From IMG/VR virus record IMGVR_UViG_3300037087_000757: a stretch of 64,000 nt of DNA; one strand, 5' to 3'. The stretch's first letter is position 1; each line of letters starts with the position of its first letter. The notes beneath the pieces were generated by a model that saw only the letters and a list, made by a program, of their open reading frames with translations, was not told the origin of the DNA and did no database searches. Positions 32,312 through 43,400 of this stretch are shown here, piece by piece. The position numbers and the translations under genes are program-made. Source of the DNA: an uncultured virus (IMG/VR IMGVR_UViG_3300037087_000757) (Duplodnaviria > Heunggongvirae > Uroviricota > Caudoviricetes).

Positions 32312-32524
32312 CACTATTTGATATGTGCACTGTAATTATATTATCCGTGTTTTGTATAGTATTTTGATGATTTTGGTGATTTGTTCTAAATAACTTATAT
32401 AATAGATTGTATATAATCTTGTTAAGTGTATAAATAAGAAATCAGGAGAAAGAAATAGCTCGGGGAAATTTTGATATAATGATATTATATTATATCTTAT
32501 TTATAATCTTTTCTAAATAACTGT

Positions 32525-32917
32525 TTATTCTTGTGTTAAGATTCTGATACGATCCTCTAATTCGAGAAGAGCCGCGCCTTCATCCATCATGTGAATATTC
32601 CACTTACCAGACCAAGAGTTCATTACACCTTTTATCTCTGGATCTTGATTGGCTAACTTGGGATCATTAAACCTCATGAAGATAGAATATACTTCACTCT
32701 TGTCATTGTGTAAACTAATTGATAGTTCCCCGTATTTTGTCTCTACCTTTACAGTTGACATCATTCCACCAGCAGTTGGAGGAAAAGCATATCCAGTTCC
32801 ACCTAATTTATTTAACTTCTCTTTACCAAACGCTTTTTCTAAAATCTCATATACCTTCTGATTGAAGGCGAACATATCTTTTAATTTTTCACTGATGAAT
32901 TGTTCAAATGTTTTCAT
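32525..32917 (-). CDS. Putative internal head protein with near-canonical T4-type CTS
   Basis: MKTFEQFISE vs T4 IPII/IPIII MKTYQEFIAE; TTATATATA at 32939-32947 (minus). Confidence 0.7.
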   Translation of the reverse strand: MKTFEQFISEKLKDMFAFNQKVYEILEKAFGKEKLNKLGGTGYAFPPTAGGMMSTVKVETKYGELSISLHNDKSEVYSIFMRFNDPKLANQDPEIKGVMNSWSGKWNIHMMDEGAALLELEDRIRILTQE

Positions 32918-32965
32918 AAGATTGAATTCTTTTTTCCTTATATATAAATTATTTTAATTGGATAT

Positions 32966-33217
32966 TTAAATATCCCTTTGAAAATCTTTTTCATATTTTT
33001 TCTCTACTATAACTTCAAATTCCTCGAAATATAATTTACACTCACCTGCTGGTTTCTTGAACCTGAGAAAACCATATTTATATAAATATGGAAATTTTTT
33101 CTTATTACATATAATGCGTGTTCCAATCGGAAACTCAATTCGAGCGATCGGGTCTTGGGGCTGCTGTGTTACCTGAATCCAAATACAACTTACTTTTCTA
33201 CTTCTTTCTTTACTCAT
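32966..33217 (-). CDS. Hypothetical protein
   Basis: ORF with TAATATATA at 33226-33234 (minus). Confidence 0.55.
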   Translation of the reverse strand: MSKERSRKVSCIWIQVTQQPQDPIARIEFPIGTRIICNKKKFPYLYKYGFLRFKKPAGECKLYFEEFEVIVEKKYEKDFQRDI

Positions 33218-33477
33218 AATAAATGTATATATTATTATATTTTGGGTCTCAGCGTGGGATACATATCTGATGCTTTATATATGAAGATAAAATGAATATG
33301 ATAGGGAGATGCTTTATATTTTTTCTGCAGAATATATACAATATTTCACACATTGATTAGAGTATGGTCGTTTTTTAAGCTATCAATAAAAAAGAATAAA
33401 TCTTTATAATATAAAGCAGATGAACAAGATCTGTGACTTTTACGTTTTTTACCATATTTAAAGTTATATATAAGGGT

Positions 33478-34377
33478 ATGTTTAAGATACAAGCGAAGAG
33501 TTTTCAGTTAAAGAGTTTAGGAACGAATACCACACCATCTGGTTCGACAAGTTTTTTTATGGTAGGGGGTACTGAAGTTATATCGGGTGGGTATCATTAT
33601 CATAAATTTTTCACGAGTGATACGGTAACCGCGTTTAATGGTCCGGGTAACATAGATATTTATATAATTGGTGGAGGTGGAGGAGGAGGATGTGGGGATG
33701 CGACTTCTGGAGCTGGTTTTGCTTCTGGAGGAGGAGGAGGAGCTGGTGAAGTTTATCATGACGCGGCTTATAGTGTATCGAGTGGAGCTAAGACAGTAAC
33801 TATTGGTGGGGGTGGTAAAGGTAGTAATGGTAGTGGATCGGTAGGTGGTCATGGTACTGGAAGTGGATTTGATGTATTGAATGTTTTTGGTGGAGGAGGT
33901 GGTGGATCTGGTGTTGAGGGTGGTGGTAAAGGGCCGGGAGATACAGGTGGATCTGGTGGAGGAGGTGGAGCTAGTGATACAGGTGGTGGATCTGGTGGTG
34001 GAACGGGTAGTGTAGGTGGATTAGTAAATGTTGGTGGTGATGGTAATGGTAGTGGTGGTCTTAATAGTGGAGGTGGAGGTGGTGGTGGAGCTGGTAATGT
34101 TGGAGCAACTGGTAATTCTGGTGATGTTGGTAAGGGTGGAGATAGTGTATCAATTGTTTGGGATACTACTTATTATTTTGGTGGAGGTGGAGAGGGTAAT
34201 GGTCAACATACGAGTACAAATAATAGTGGGGGTAATGGAGGTCTTTATAATGGTTTTGGAGGTGATGCTGTAGGAAACACTGGAGGTGGTGGAGGTGGAA
34301 CGACACAGAAACCCGGAGCTGCGGTTGCTGGTGGTAATGGAGCTGATGGATTTGTGATATTGAGGTATCTTGTGTAG
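33478..34377 (+). CDS. Glycine-rich phage structural/fibre-type protein (start revised to 33478)
   Basis: YHYHKF.S, IIGGGGGGG, repeated GGGGG blocks, terminal GGNGADGFVILRY; TTATATATA at 33464-33472. Confidence 0.75.
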   Translation: MFKIQAKSFQLKSLGTNTTPSGSTSFFMVGGTEVISGGYHYHKFFTSDTVTAFNGPGNIDIYIIGGGGGGGCGDATSGAGFASGGGGGAGEVYHDAAYSVSSGAKTVTIGGGGKGSNGSGSVGGHGTGSGFDVLNVFGGGGGGSGVEGGGKGPGDTGGSGGGGGASDTGGGSGGGTGSVGGLVNVGGDGNGSGGLNSGGGGGGGAGNVGATGNSGDVGKGGDSVSIVWDTTYYFGGGGEGNGQHTSTNNSGGNGGLYNGFGGDAVGNTGGGGGGTTQKPGAAVAGGNGADGFVILRYLV

Positions 34378-34417
34378 ATAGGAATTAATATAAAAATATA
34401 TAAAGCATTAATTATTT

Positions 34418-34786
34418 ATGAAACCACATTATTTCGCGGAGATAAACTTTGAGGATATAGTTCAGAGGGTTATAGTAGTAGAGAGTATAGATAAAGTTCG
34501 ATTACTTTATGGGGATGGTAATAGTAGGTGGGTAGAGGTTCATTATGATAAGGTTAAGAATTATCCATCTAAGGGTTATATTTATATATCATTACTTAAT
34601 GATTTTTATTCACCGCAACCATATGAGGGATGGATATTGGATATGGATACTTTACAATGGAATCCAAAACCATTAGATAAGAATGTTTATATACTTCCAA
34701 ATGGTATAATACCACGAATGATTGTAACCGCTGATAATAAGATATATTCTTGGAATAATGAGAGTGTTAGTTGGGTAGAGATATAA
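34418..34786 (+). CDS. Small partner protein of the type commonly found after glycine-rich phage proteins
   Basis: HYFAEI...VQRVIVV...KNYP..GY.Y...DFYSPQPYEGW.LD...WNE. Confidence 0.6.
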   Translation: MKPHYFAEINFEDIVQRVIVVESIDKVRLLYGDGNSRWVEVHYDKVKNYPSKGYIYISLLNDFYSPQPYEGWILDMDTLQWNPKPLDKNVYILPNGIIPRMIVTADNKIYSWNNESVSWVEI

Positions 34787-34798
34787 ATAATAATGGTT

Positions 34799-35134
34799 TT
34801 ATATGTCAAATGGTATAATAAATTCTTTGGATGGTTCGAGTAGAGCTAATTCTCTCCAATTTTTTATTTGTTCAGTCATGGTGGTTATTTCTCGCCATCC
34901 AGATTGAGCGAAGTTTACATATCCGTTTGGATTTAATTTAGCTTCGGTTGTTCCTTTATCCAATTGACACCATAAACAAATATCATTTTCTGAGTATGCA
35001 CGGATTTTGACATCAGTGATTATTTCACCAAAGTAATCATTGGATGATTTGAAAATTTTATTTATTATAGTTAAGAATTCATCTTTTTTCATAATAATAA
35101 TTATTTTATGTAATATGTAATATGTAATGTACAA
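34799..35134 (-). CDS. Hypothetical protein (start uncertain)
   Basis: ORF track; more likely start is MKKDEFL. Confidence 0.55.
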   Translation of the reverse strand: MYITYYILHKIIIIMKKDEFLTIINKIFKSSNDYFGEIITDVKIRAYSENDICLWCQLDKGTTEAKLNPNGYVNFAQSGWREITTMTEQIKNWRELALLEPSKEFIIPFDI

Positions 35135-35165
35135 AACTTTTTGGAATAAAAAAAATATAAAGCAT

Positions 35166-35846
35166 ATGCGTTATCATATTATAAGGGATTTAGATAGTTT
35201 GAATGAATTTGTATCGAGTTTACCTGAGTTATATTTTGGTGAGAAATATTTTATAAGGTTAATCACGCGTTCTAAGTATGTAGATAGTGTAAAAACGGAT
35301 AAGGATTTACGATCAATACTTGTGGATAGGGATGGTATAGTGAATGGTATTCAGCAGTTGGAGTGTGATATTGGTTTATATGATGGTTTGGGGGATGATG
35401 AGATAGGGATTTATATGAGTCCTAATCCGAGGGATATGGAGTTAGTAGTTAGGAATGTTTTGTTAAGGTTTAGTAAAATTATAGTTGGTGGTTATAGGGG
35501 TGAGGATGTTAACAATGTTATAACGCAGGTAATCAGGGGTAGTTGTAAGCGTCAGCGTCAGATGTATTATGATTTGGATTTTGATATAAAGGGTGGGTGT
35601 TCAGTTGATTTGATAGTCGATCAGGTAGGTAGGTTAATTAACAGGGAGTGTTTGCGTGTTTTACATACGAAGATGGGTATACATTTTATAGTTGAGTTGG
35701 GTAGGGTAGATAATATAAGTTATCCGAATTGGTTAGGGGATATAAGTAAGTTGTCATGTTTTGACAGTCAGTGTATGTCGGATAATAATATACCGATTGT
35801 AGGGTGTAGTCAGTTTGGGTTTGTACCGTATTTTACGATATTATAG
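35166..35846 (+). CDS. Possible archaeo-eukaryotic primase (prim-pol)-like fold protein (start revised to 35166)
   Basis: IYMSPNPR, YYDLDFD (DxD), LHTKMGIHFIV (T..G.H); class II promoter at 35134-35160. Confidence 0.45.
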   Translation: MRYHIIRDLDSLNEFVSSLPELYFGEKYFIRLITRSKYVDSVKTDKDLRSILVDRDGIVNGIQQLECDIGLYDGLGDDEIGIYMSPNPRDMELVVRNVLLRFSKIIVGGYRGEDVNNVITQVIRGSCKRQRQMYYDLDFDIKGGCSVDLIVDQVGRLINRECLRVLHTKMGIHFIVELGRVDNISYPNWLGDISKLSCFDSQCMSDNNIPIVGCSQFGFVPYFTIL

Positions 35847-35880
35847 AGGGGAGAAAGGTGGGATTAGATGGATTAGTTGT

Positions 35881-35964
35881 CACCCGGATTTAAGTCAGAA
35901 TATCGGAATTGGGTGGGGAAGCCGCGGATGCTGGGGTCACCCGGAACTAAGTCAAAAAATCGGA
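35881..35964 (+). repeat. Two tandem copies of CCGGA-N3-AAGTCA motif (35881-35907, 35938-35964)
   Basis: CACCCGGATTTAAGTCAGAATATCGGA and CACCCGGAACTAAGTCAAAAAATCGGA. Confidence 0.8.
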
Positions 35965-35980
35965 GTTTTTGAAGGTAAGT

Positions 35981-37507
35981 CTATTGAAGATTGTTTTTAG
36001 ATTCTATCTTAGTAATTATAGCGAGTACATCATGGGTAACGATTATATCTTTACGGTTGGGTAGTTTATTGATACAATCTATACATATTTTATCACCTTT
36101 ATAATCTTGAATACTGATATTAAACAGGTAGGCGTCGTAATACACCGAAACTGGTTTCTGACAGTAGTTACATTTAACATGGGTTAGGTTGAACCACCAA
36201 GTTTTAAATTTAAATTTTAATTTATAATTCATCCACATATACTATAATTATATTATATTATTTTATTGTGTCACCTACTTTATATTTTCTCACCAGTTCA
36301 TAGGTAAAATTACAAGAGGGGAATTGGATTAATTTTCCAGTATTATCTTTAACGATGAATACAGGATCTGCTATAATATCACCTTGTTGGGATGTAAAAA
36401 CGACAGCTGGTTTTTTCAGGTTGTTGAATTTTTCTAATCCTGATTCATATTCATTACAGGAAATCATCATGAACATAAGTAAGAATAGGGTTAAGATAAT
36501 TTTTTTCATATATTGATAATTTTATTTTATTTGGTCAATAAGATAATTAAAGATACTATGTTTACCATTTACCCCTATATCCAAAAATAGAATAAATATC
36601 GGTATGATGGTAACGATGCACCAGAATAGGATAAAAAAGGCTACAAAACTTCTCATATTATAAATAATGTAAGTGTTATTACTATAGCTACACCACTGAA
36701 TACAGCAGTCCAGAATTTCCAATCACCTTCTTCTAATCCAATGAGAAGATGTTTAGCTAATGCTTTATCGTAATTTTTCATGTTTATTAAGTTATTTTTT
36801 TAAGATAATCCATTATAGATTCGATAATTTGTTTATCATTTATTCTATGGTCAGGATGTCTTTCATTCCAAGATATTTGAAAATCTCTTACTTTCAATAT
36901 TTTTTGAATATCATTTTTTATATTAGTTATTAACAGTTTGTAGGTCGAGGTTATAATTCACTTTAACTGTATTTTGTGGTACATGGAGTCTATATGTTCC
37001 ATCTCTATATGTACCCGTTGAAATATGTTCGAACAGTACCCAATTTTTTATTTTACTTATGTCTAATACTTCATAATAGTATTCAACCAAATAAGGTTCA
37101 GTATTTTCATCTTCATATATAATGGTTTCGTAGTCATTAGTTTTGTAAAGTTTTTTACCACCTTCTTCTGCTTTATACATAATGTATTGGATATTATTTG
37201 AAGATCCGAATCCACCTATACCGAGGATAAATGATCCGCTTATTTGTTTATCATTTTGTAGGTTCAGTGAATATATCTTTTCTTTCAGGGGTGTTTTACT
37301 AACAAGTCGTGGTTCAAGGGTACTGTTTAATATAGCGGTTGTGATTGCCCAAAAAATCAGGGATATTAATATCCCGTATGTAAGCCATCCGCTAGCGACA
37401 TCTTCGATGGAGTCCCATACTGATTGATTAGAATTATTTCTTCTGATAAGAAAAGCTATTACCAATGAGATGATAAACAGTCCGATAAAAATGAATAGTG
37501 TGTACAT
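35981..37507 (-). other. Small genes including lipoprotein 36258..36509 and membrane protein 36923..37507
   Basis: MISC lipobox; class I promoter motif at 37532-37563 supports start at 37507. Confidence 0.7.
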
Positions 37508-39676
37508 AATTTTGTTTTTTATGATTTTGAATAAATATAAGTAATTGTTCTGGAATAAAAAAATATATTCAAACAAAGGGGTGTATTTTTTATATAAATA
37601 GAGTGTGAATTGTTTATCAATAGATATAAAAAAAGATTAAGGATGGAATTAGAAGAGATGAAAAAATTAGGTTATTCTATTGAATTTCCTATGTTGGAGA
37701 AGATAGAGGATTTAATATATTACGAAGGACCGCTTTTATCTCTATTTAAGAGGAAAGATGAAGATATATTCTATTTCTATTATTGGATAGATATGGATAA
37801 GACTTCTAATAGGTGGTTAATTTTTGAAGTATCTCAGGATGATATAACTAATTTTAAGGAGAAAAATGACACCATCATTTTAAAGGATTTGATTTTAAAA
37901 TCGAATAATTTATGGATTGATGATATTTCTGATGGTTTGGATGATTTAAATGATTTAAATCATGATTTTAGATATGTAGAAAAGAAAGAAATTATTAATT
38001 ATTTAAAATATAAGGTATGAAAAAGGTCAAGTTAATTAAGTTATTTGAAGCTGAAAATCCTCGTCATCCTAATAATATTCCAGAGGGTTTTGTTAAAGAG
38101 GGATATCCAATAAATGAACCAACGGTAGGTGAATCATTTCTTATGAATACTGATGATGGGGATGGATGGCACACTTCGATTGTTCAGGAAATATTTGAGG
38201 ATGGTACATTCAAGACTTTTAATTCTATTTATAAAATTGTAAGAGAATGAGATACATAGCTAAAATAGATAGAAGAATAAAAGCGAGCATGAATGGTAAT
38301 TGGATACTTCACTCATATGGTACTACAAAAAAGAGACCAAGAATTAAAAAAATAATTCGAACTGATACTAAAATCATTCTCGAAACAACATAAAAACAAT
38401 GAGTCCAGAGAAAAGAGGGATTAAAGTAGAACATTTTCCTATGTGGATACAATTGTCTAATCCACATTTAAATGATATTTTAAATCAAGATGGATACTTA
38501 TGTCTTAATAATTTGACAAAACAAGTTTATGTAATGCCATACAAAAGGAATAAAATAAATCAATAGAATATGGTAAAACCGATTAAACCGAATGAGGTTG
38601 TTAGTATTAAACTGGATAATATTCCAGATGAATTGATTGAAGCGATTAATGAATTAATCGTTAAGAAGTGGGACGGATATTCCGCTGTAGTACTTCAAGA
38701 AGATATTGAAAAGCTATTTCTTAAAAAATATCCGAATGTAAAGGAAGCTAAAAAGAAGATGTACGAAGAACACTGGATGGATTTCGAGGATATTTTTCGT
38801 AAAGAGGGTTGGTCTGTTAAGTTTGATAAGCCCGGCTACGATGAATCTTATGATGCTTATTTCGAATTCAAGCCAAAAAAGAATAAAGAAGGTTTCGAAG
38901 CAAAGGACTAATTATTTTTTAATTTTTAGAGTGTAGTTATTTTTTTATTTCGGATATTTTACTTATATTCATTTCAATTGTAAAATGACTTTATATGAAA
39001 ACACAAGAAGTAATAAAGTGGGAATCTGGTGCAGATTATTCAACAAAAACAATTGAACTATTAACTAAGAAGTTAACGGAATTGATTGGAGAGGGATATA
39101 CTATTGATAATGTTATACCAACAGAATATTACGGGAGTAATATCGCGTGTATAACCAGAGCACTTATCATTGTAAGTATATAGAAAGGGAAATAGTTATG
39201 ATGATATTTAGTGGATGTGTATTATTATTTCTCATTATAGTGATTATATTTTTTGGATCAAAAGGTTTGAGATAAATATGAAGCCTATATTCATGTTCAA
39301 AATTTATTAAAAGATAAAACGAATACTACTTATTATATCAATGAATATAAACAAATAGAAGATTAAAAATGATAACAAGAGAACAAATAGAAAACGCCCT
39401 TACTGATGATAGGGATAGTGTTTTCAAACAAGACGAGGATCATGGAATGAAGGTGGTCACACTTTTAAGAAATAAAATACCGTATTCCGAATGTCATAGT
39501 ATACTTGTCGGGGCATCACACGATCAAATATATCTACCTGATATTGGTATGATTATTAAGTATATTGATGAGAGTGATTTGTCAGTTCTTGTGGATTGTA
39601 ATTCGTTTATTGACGAAGATAATGATTGTCTTTCATTATATGTTTAATATGTTTAATTTTAGTAAGAAGTAAGTGT

Positions 39677-40198
39677 ATGAATCAATCGATTGATAACGAA
39701 AGTCAAATATTTTTTTACGAACAGAATTATTATCCATTTTCCAATTTTTCATCTTTTCAAGTGAATTGGAAAGGGTATCAATGGATGACCTCTGAACATG
39801 CTTATCATTCGGAAAAGTTTATTAATCATCCTGAGATCATAGAATTATTAAAACAAACGACATCAGCACATGATGCGTTTAAAATCGCTATGAAGAATAA
39901 GGATAAGTATCTTGAAAATTGGGATGATATTAAACTTGGCATCATGGAACAAATACTTTTAGCTAAAGTGGAACAACATCCATATGTCAGGAAGAAATTA
40001 TTTGATAGTGGAGATAAAGAATTAATTGAAAATTCATGGAGAGATTCATATTGGGGATGGGGTGAAAACAAAGATGGTGAAAATCATCTGGGTAAATTGT
40101 GGATGAAAATCAGAACAGATTTAAGATCAGATATGAGATTTAATACAAAAAATGAATTTCCTCCCGTTTCAATTTATCATGATTTTAATCAAGTATAA
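39677..40198 (+). CDS. NADAR (YbiA-like) family protein (start revised to 39677)
   Basis: FSNF, TSEHAYHSEKF, WDDIKL.IM..IL.AK..QHP, LIENS..DSYWG, GENHLGKLWMKIR. Confidence 0.9.
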   Translation: MNQSIDNESQIFFYEQNYYPFSNFSSFQVNWKGYQWMTSEHAYHSEKFINHPEIIELLKQTTSAHDAFKIAMKNKDKYLENWDDIKLGIMEQILLAKVEQHPYVRKKLFDSGDKELIENSWRDSYWGWGENKDGENHLGKLWMKIRTDLRSDMRFNTKNEFPPVSIYHDFNQV

Positions 40199-40246
40199 GT
40201 ATGAAAAAGATTTATAAGGTAATATATTTAGAACCAGAGTTATTAT

Positions 40247-40438
40247 ATGAAAGTAAATACTAAAATAATAGAGGATATTCAGATAGCGACAGTGAAGAAA
40301 TGTGGTTATTGTGATGGTTTTGGTTATCGTAATAAACATGGTTGGGATACTTGTACCTATTGTGGTGGTACTGGAAAAGTATTGGATGTTCCAATATCAA
40401 TATCTGAATTAAAAAAATCATTAAGAAATTCAAAATAG
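40247..40438 (+). CDS. DnaJ-type zinc-finger protein
   Basis: CGYCDGFG and CTYCGGTG. Confidence 0.7.
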   Translation: MKVNTKIIEDIQIATVKKCGYCDGFGYRNKHGWDTCTYCGGTGKVLDVPISISELKKSLRNSK

Positions 40439-43400
40439 ACAAAAGATGATTTTAAATATTAGTGTTTATATAAATCAGGTAGAGACGATAGAGTTATTAG
40501 CTAAATCGTTAGGTTGGAAAGAACTAAATCGTAGTGTGGGTTCAGCTCCTTTGTTCATGGGTGGATTGAAAAAAACACAAATGTTTATAATAACTTATGA
40601 TATTGAGACTGATGATAAGGTTTATAAGAGTGTAATGGATTTAACAATATTGAAATCACATCATGTTATTGAATATAAAATGTAAATTAAAATGAAACTA
40701 TCATTAAAAGAAGCAAAACGACTTTCTATTATTAAGTGGGAATTTATTATTAAAAATGGATATCCAAAAGATCACGAATTTCCTGATGAATTAGCTGGAT
40801 TAAGTTGTCATTGTGATTTTTGTGAAAGGAGTGGTTATGGTATCGGGAATATGAATGTAGAATTATGTAACAAGTGTGAATTCGGAAAAATTGCTGGAAG
40901 ATGTCCTGATGAAAAGAGTTTACTCTCACGCTGGGCTGAGAAAGAATCTCCCCGATTGGCAAAGAAAATACTTAATCTCCTAAAATCAATTGAACGATGA
41001 ATGACGAAGAAAAATGTGATGTAAGGGAGCCGGACATTCCCGTATTAAATAATGAATCTTTCCAGAATTGGATTTCGATAAAAAAATTCATTCCATCAAG
41101 ATTTGGAACATATGATATAAAGGGTGATTATGGTGGTAGATATTGGTGTTTAGTCGAAAGAGAGTATAAAGAGACAGATAATCCATTTTCATATGGTAAT
41201 AATCATTTGAGAAGAATTGAAAGTACTTGTGAATTATGTTATTGGAATGATTTAGCTGATAGATTTCAAGACAAGGATAGTGAATGGGTAGTAGTTACTC
41301 ATTGGTGTCCAGTTCCCAATCTACCTGAACATAATATTACAGAGATATCAAGGGAAGATATGTTAGCTGGAATTGAATCGGGTGTATATGAATTAGTAGA
41401 ACATGAAAATCAGAAAAAACATATTGATATTGAAGGAATGTGGAAAATAACAAAGAAACTTGCTTTATATTCTGTGTCATTGAATGATGAAGTATTTTTG
41501 AGTACTGAGATTAACGATGGAATAGAAGATTGTATGTGGTGTATTAAAAAATAATTAAATAAAAAATAATAAAATAAATTAAATATGAAAAAATATTATT
41601 ACATAACATATATGTGGACTGATTTAGGAAATAACTTCTTCTGTGACTGTATTTCTATTCATCCTACTGAATGGCTTGAAAGAGTTAATAGACATATTTA
41701 TCAAACAATAAACAAAAAAGGTCATCTTGAGACTCGGATATTTGATGATAAGTTTAAACTTTTATGGTGGACTGAAATTTTAGAAGAAAATTATCAAAAG
41801 ATAGAAAAAATCTCTGTAATGGGAGATTTTGAAGCAAGAAGAAATTTAGAAGCATCATACAAAGATGATGAATTAAAACTGAAATGATTATGATTATAGA
41901 TATTATAGCTTATTGTATATTTGGATTACTTGGGTTGTGTATACTCGCAATAATTCCAGTAGCGATTATGGAAATAAAACAGGGAAGAGGACCGGAGTTC
42001 TTTGAATCTCTTTGTAATAAAAATATCGGGGGACCAAAAGCATGAAAACATATGAATCATTTTGGTTCGAATATTACGGGAGTGGTCGAATTGGAGATAA
42101 ACATAAACCAGTTCGTAAATTCAAGTGGAGAAATTTGTGGATTGTTGGTATATTGGCTTGGTGTGTGATTATTACTTTGTGGTTAATTTTTAAGTAATCA
42201 GAAAATGAAAAAGTTTTTAGGATACGGTATTCTTGGTGGAATGATTATTGGTTTATTTTGGGTGATGTTCTGGGTTATGGGGTGGATCTTTTTACCAGTT
42301 TTAATTTCAGCTATTCTTTTATCTGCTCTAACGATAGTAATGGTTGAGGAAGGATTGGCTGGGGTTCTAATTTCATTAATTGGATTGGGAATTCTTGGAT
42401 TGTTGATTTGGGTTATGGGGTGGATTATTTTACTGGCGATTGGTATAGCGGTGGGTTTAACAGCTTTACTTATATGGGCTTTAACTTTAATATTTGATGA
42501 TTAATATATTAATTTATGAGAACAGTATACGGAAGTAATAAAATTATACCAGAGGTAAATGAATTCTGTAAGATGATTCAACAAATTAATTATCTTTCTC
42601 ATTACTTAGAGAATGAGAAAAAGGATTTTGATTTGAATCGATCAGATACTCGTTTAGCAACATTCGAGGAATTATATGAGGAAGATATAAAGACATTAGA
42701 GGAAAATCATAAGGAATTCCTTTTATTGTTTCAAAGTGTACAGGGGATTGTAAAATCTGTTTCGATGGGTATTTATTGGAAAGGGGATAATGATGATTGA
42801 AAAAGAACATCCCATATTAGAATTCTTATTGGATTTATCACCAATTATATTTATTATTCTTACATTTGGATGTGGGATATTAGGTATAGTATTTTCAATA
42901 TTAAGTATTCATCAGGGGTTCTCAATAATGAGTTATATCACTTGTATTTTTTCTGGTATCGGTGGTGCTATGGCTGGAATTTTATTATATTGGATTTATG
43001 AAGAAATATTGGAGTATTTATTTAAATTTTTTGATAGAATTTAAAATATGAAAAAGAATGATTGAGAAAGAAAAAATATTAGATGAATTAAAAAAAAGGT
43101 GGATTGAAGATTATGGTTCATTAGGGAAATATCAAGCTTGGGATGGTTACACCATGGCTGGGTTTGTTGAATATGTTTTAAATGAAATGATTAAGGAATA
43201 TGAAAAAGAAAGAAAGTAAAAATCCTGAACATATTTATTCACCGTTCACTGATGAACAGGTTAAGCTTTTAAATGACTATCAACAAATTGGAATATTTCA
43301 TCCGTTTACTTGTTGTGGTCCAGAGGAAATTAAGGAATGTACAAGATCCTCAGGTGAGTCTGATGGGTTATTGATAGCCACCACTAAGGGCTGGATATGT

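Noticed and set aside
33517..34273. Alternative-frame ORFs 33517..33852(-) and 34028..34273(+)
   Set aside because: Shadows of the GGT/GGA-rich glycine gene; most other antisense ORFs overlapping longer genes were dismissed likewise
35815..36000. 61-aa ORF with repeated HP.LSQ.IG
   Set aside because: The peptide repeat simply reflects the two DNA motif copies, which also occur non-coding at 25.2 and 25.6 kb; TTG start, overlaps both neighbours
38017..38250. N-terminus MKKVKLIKLFEAE resembles the leader
   Set aside because: No TATATA promoter, translationally coupled inside the early-type arm; likely chance match and excluded from the family
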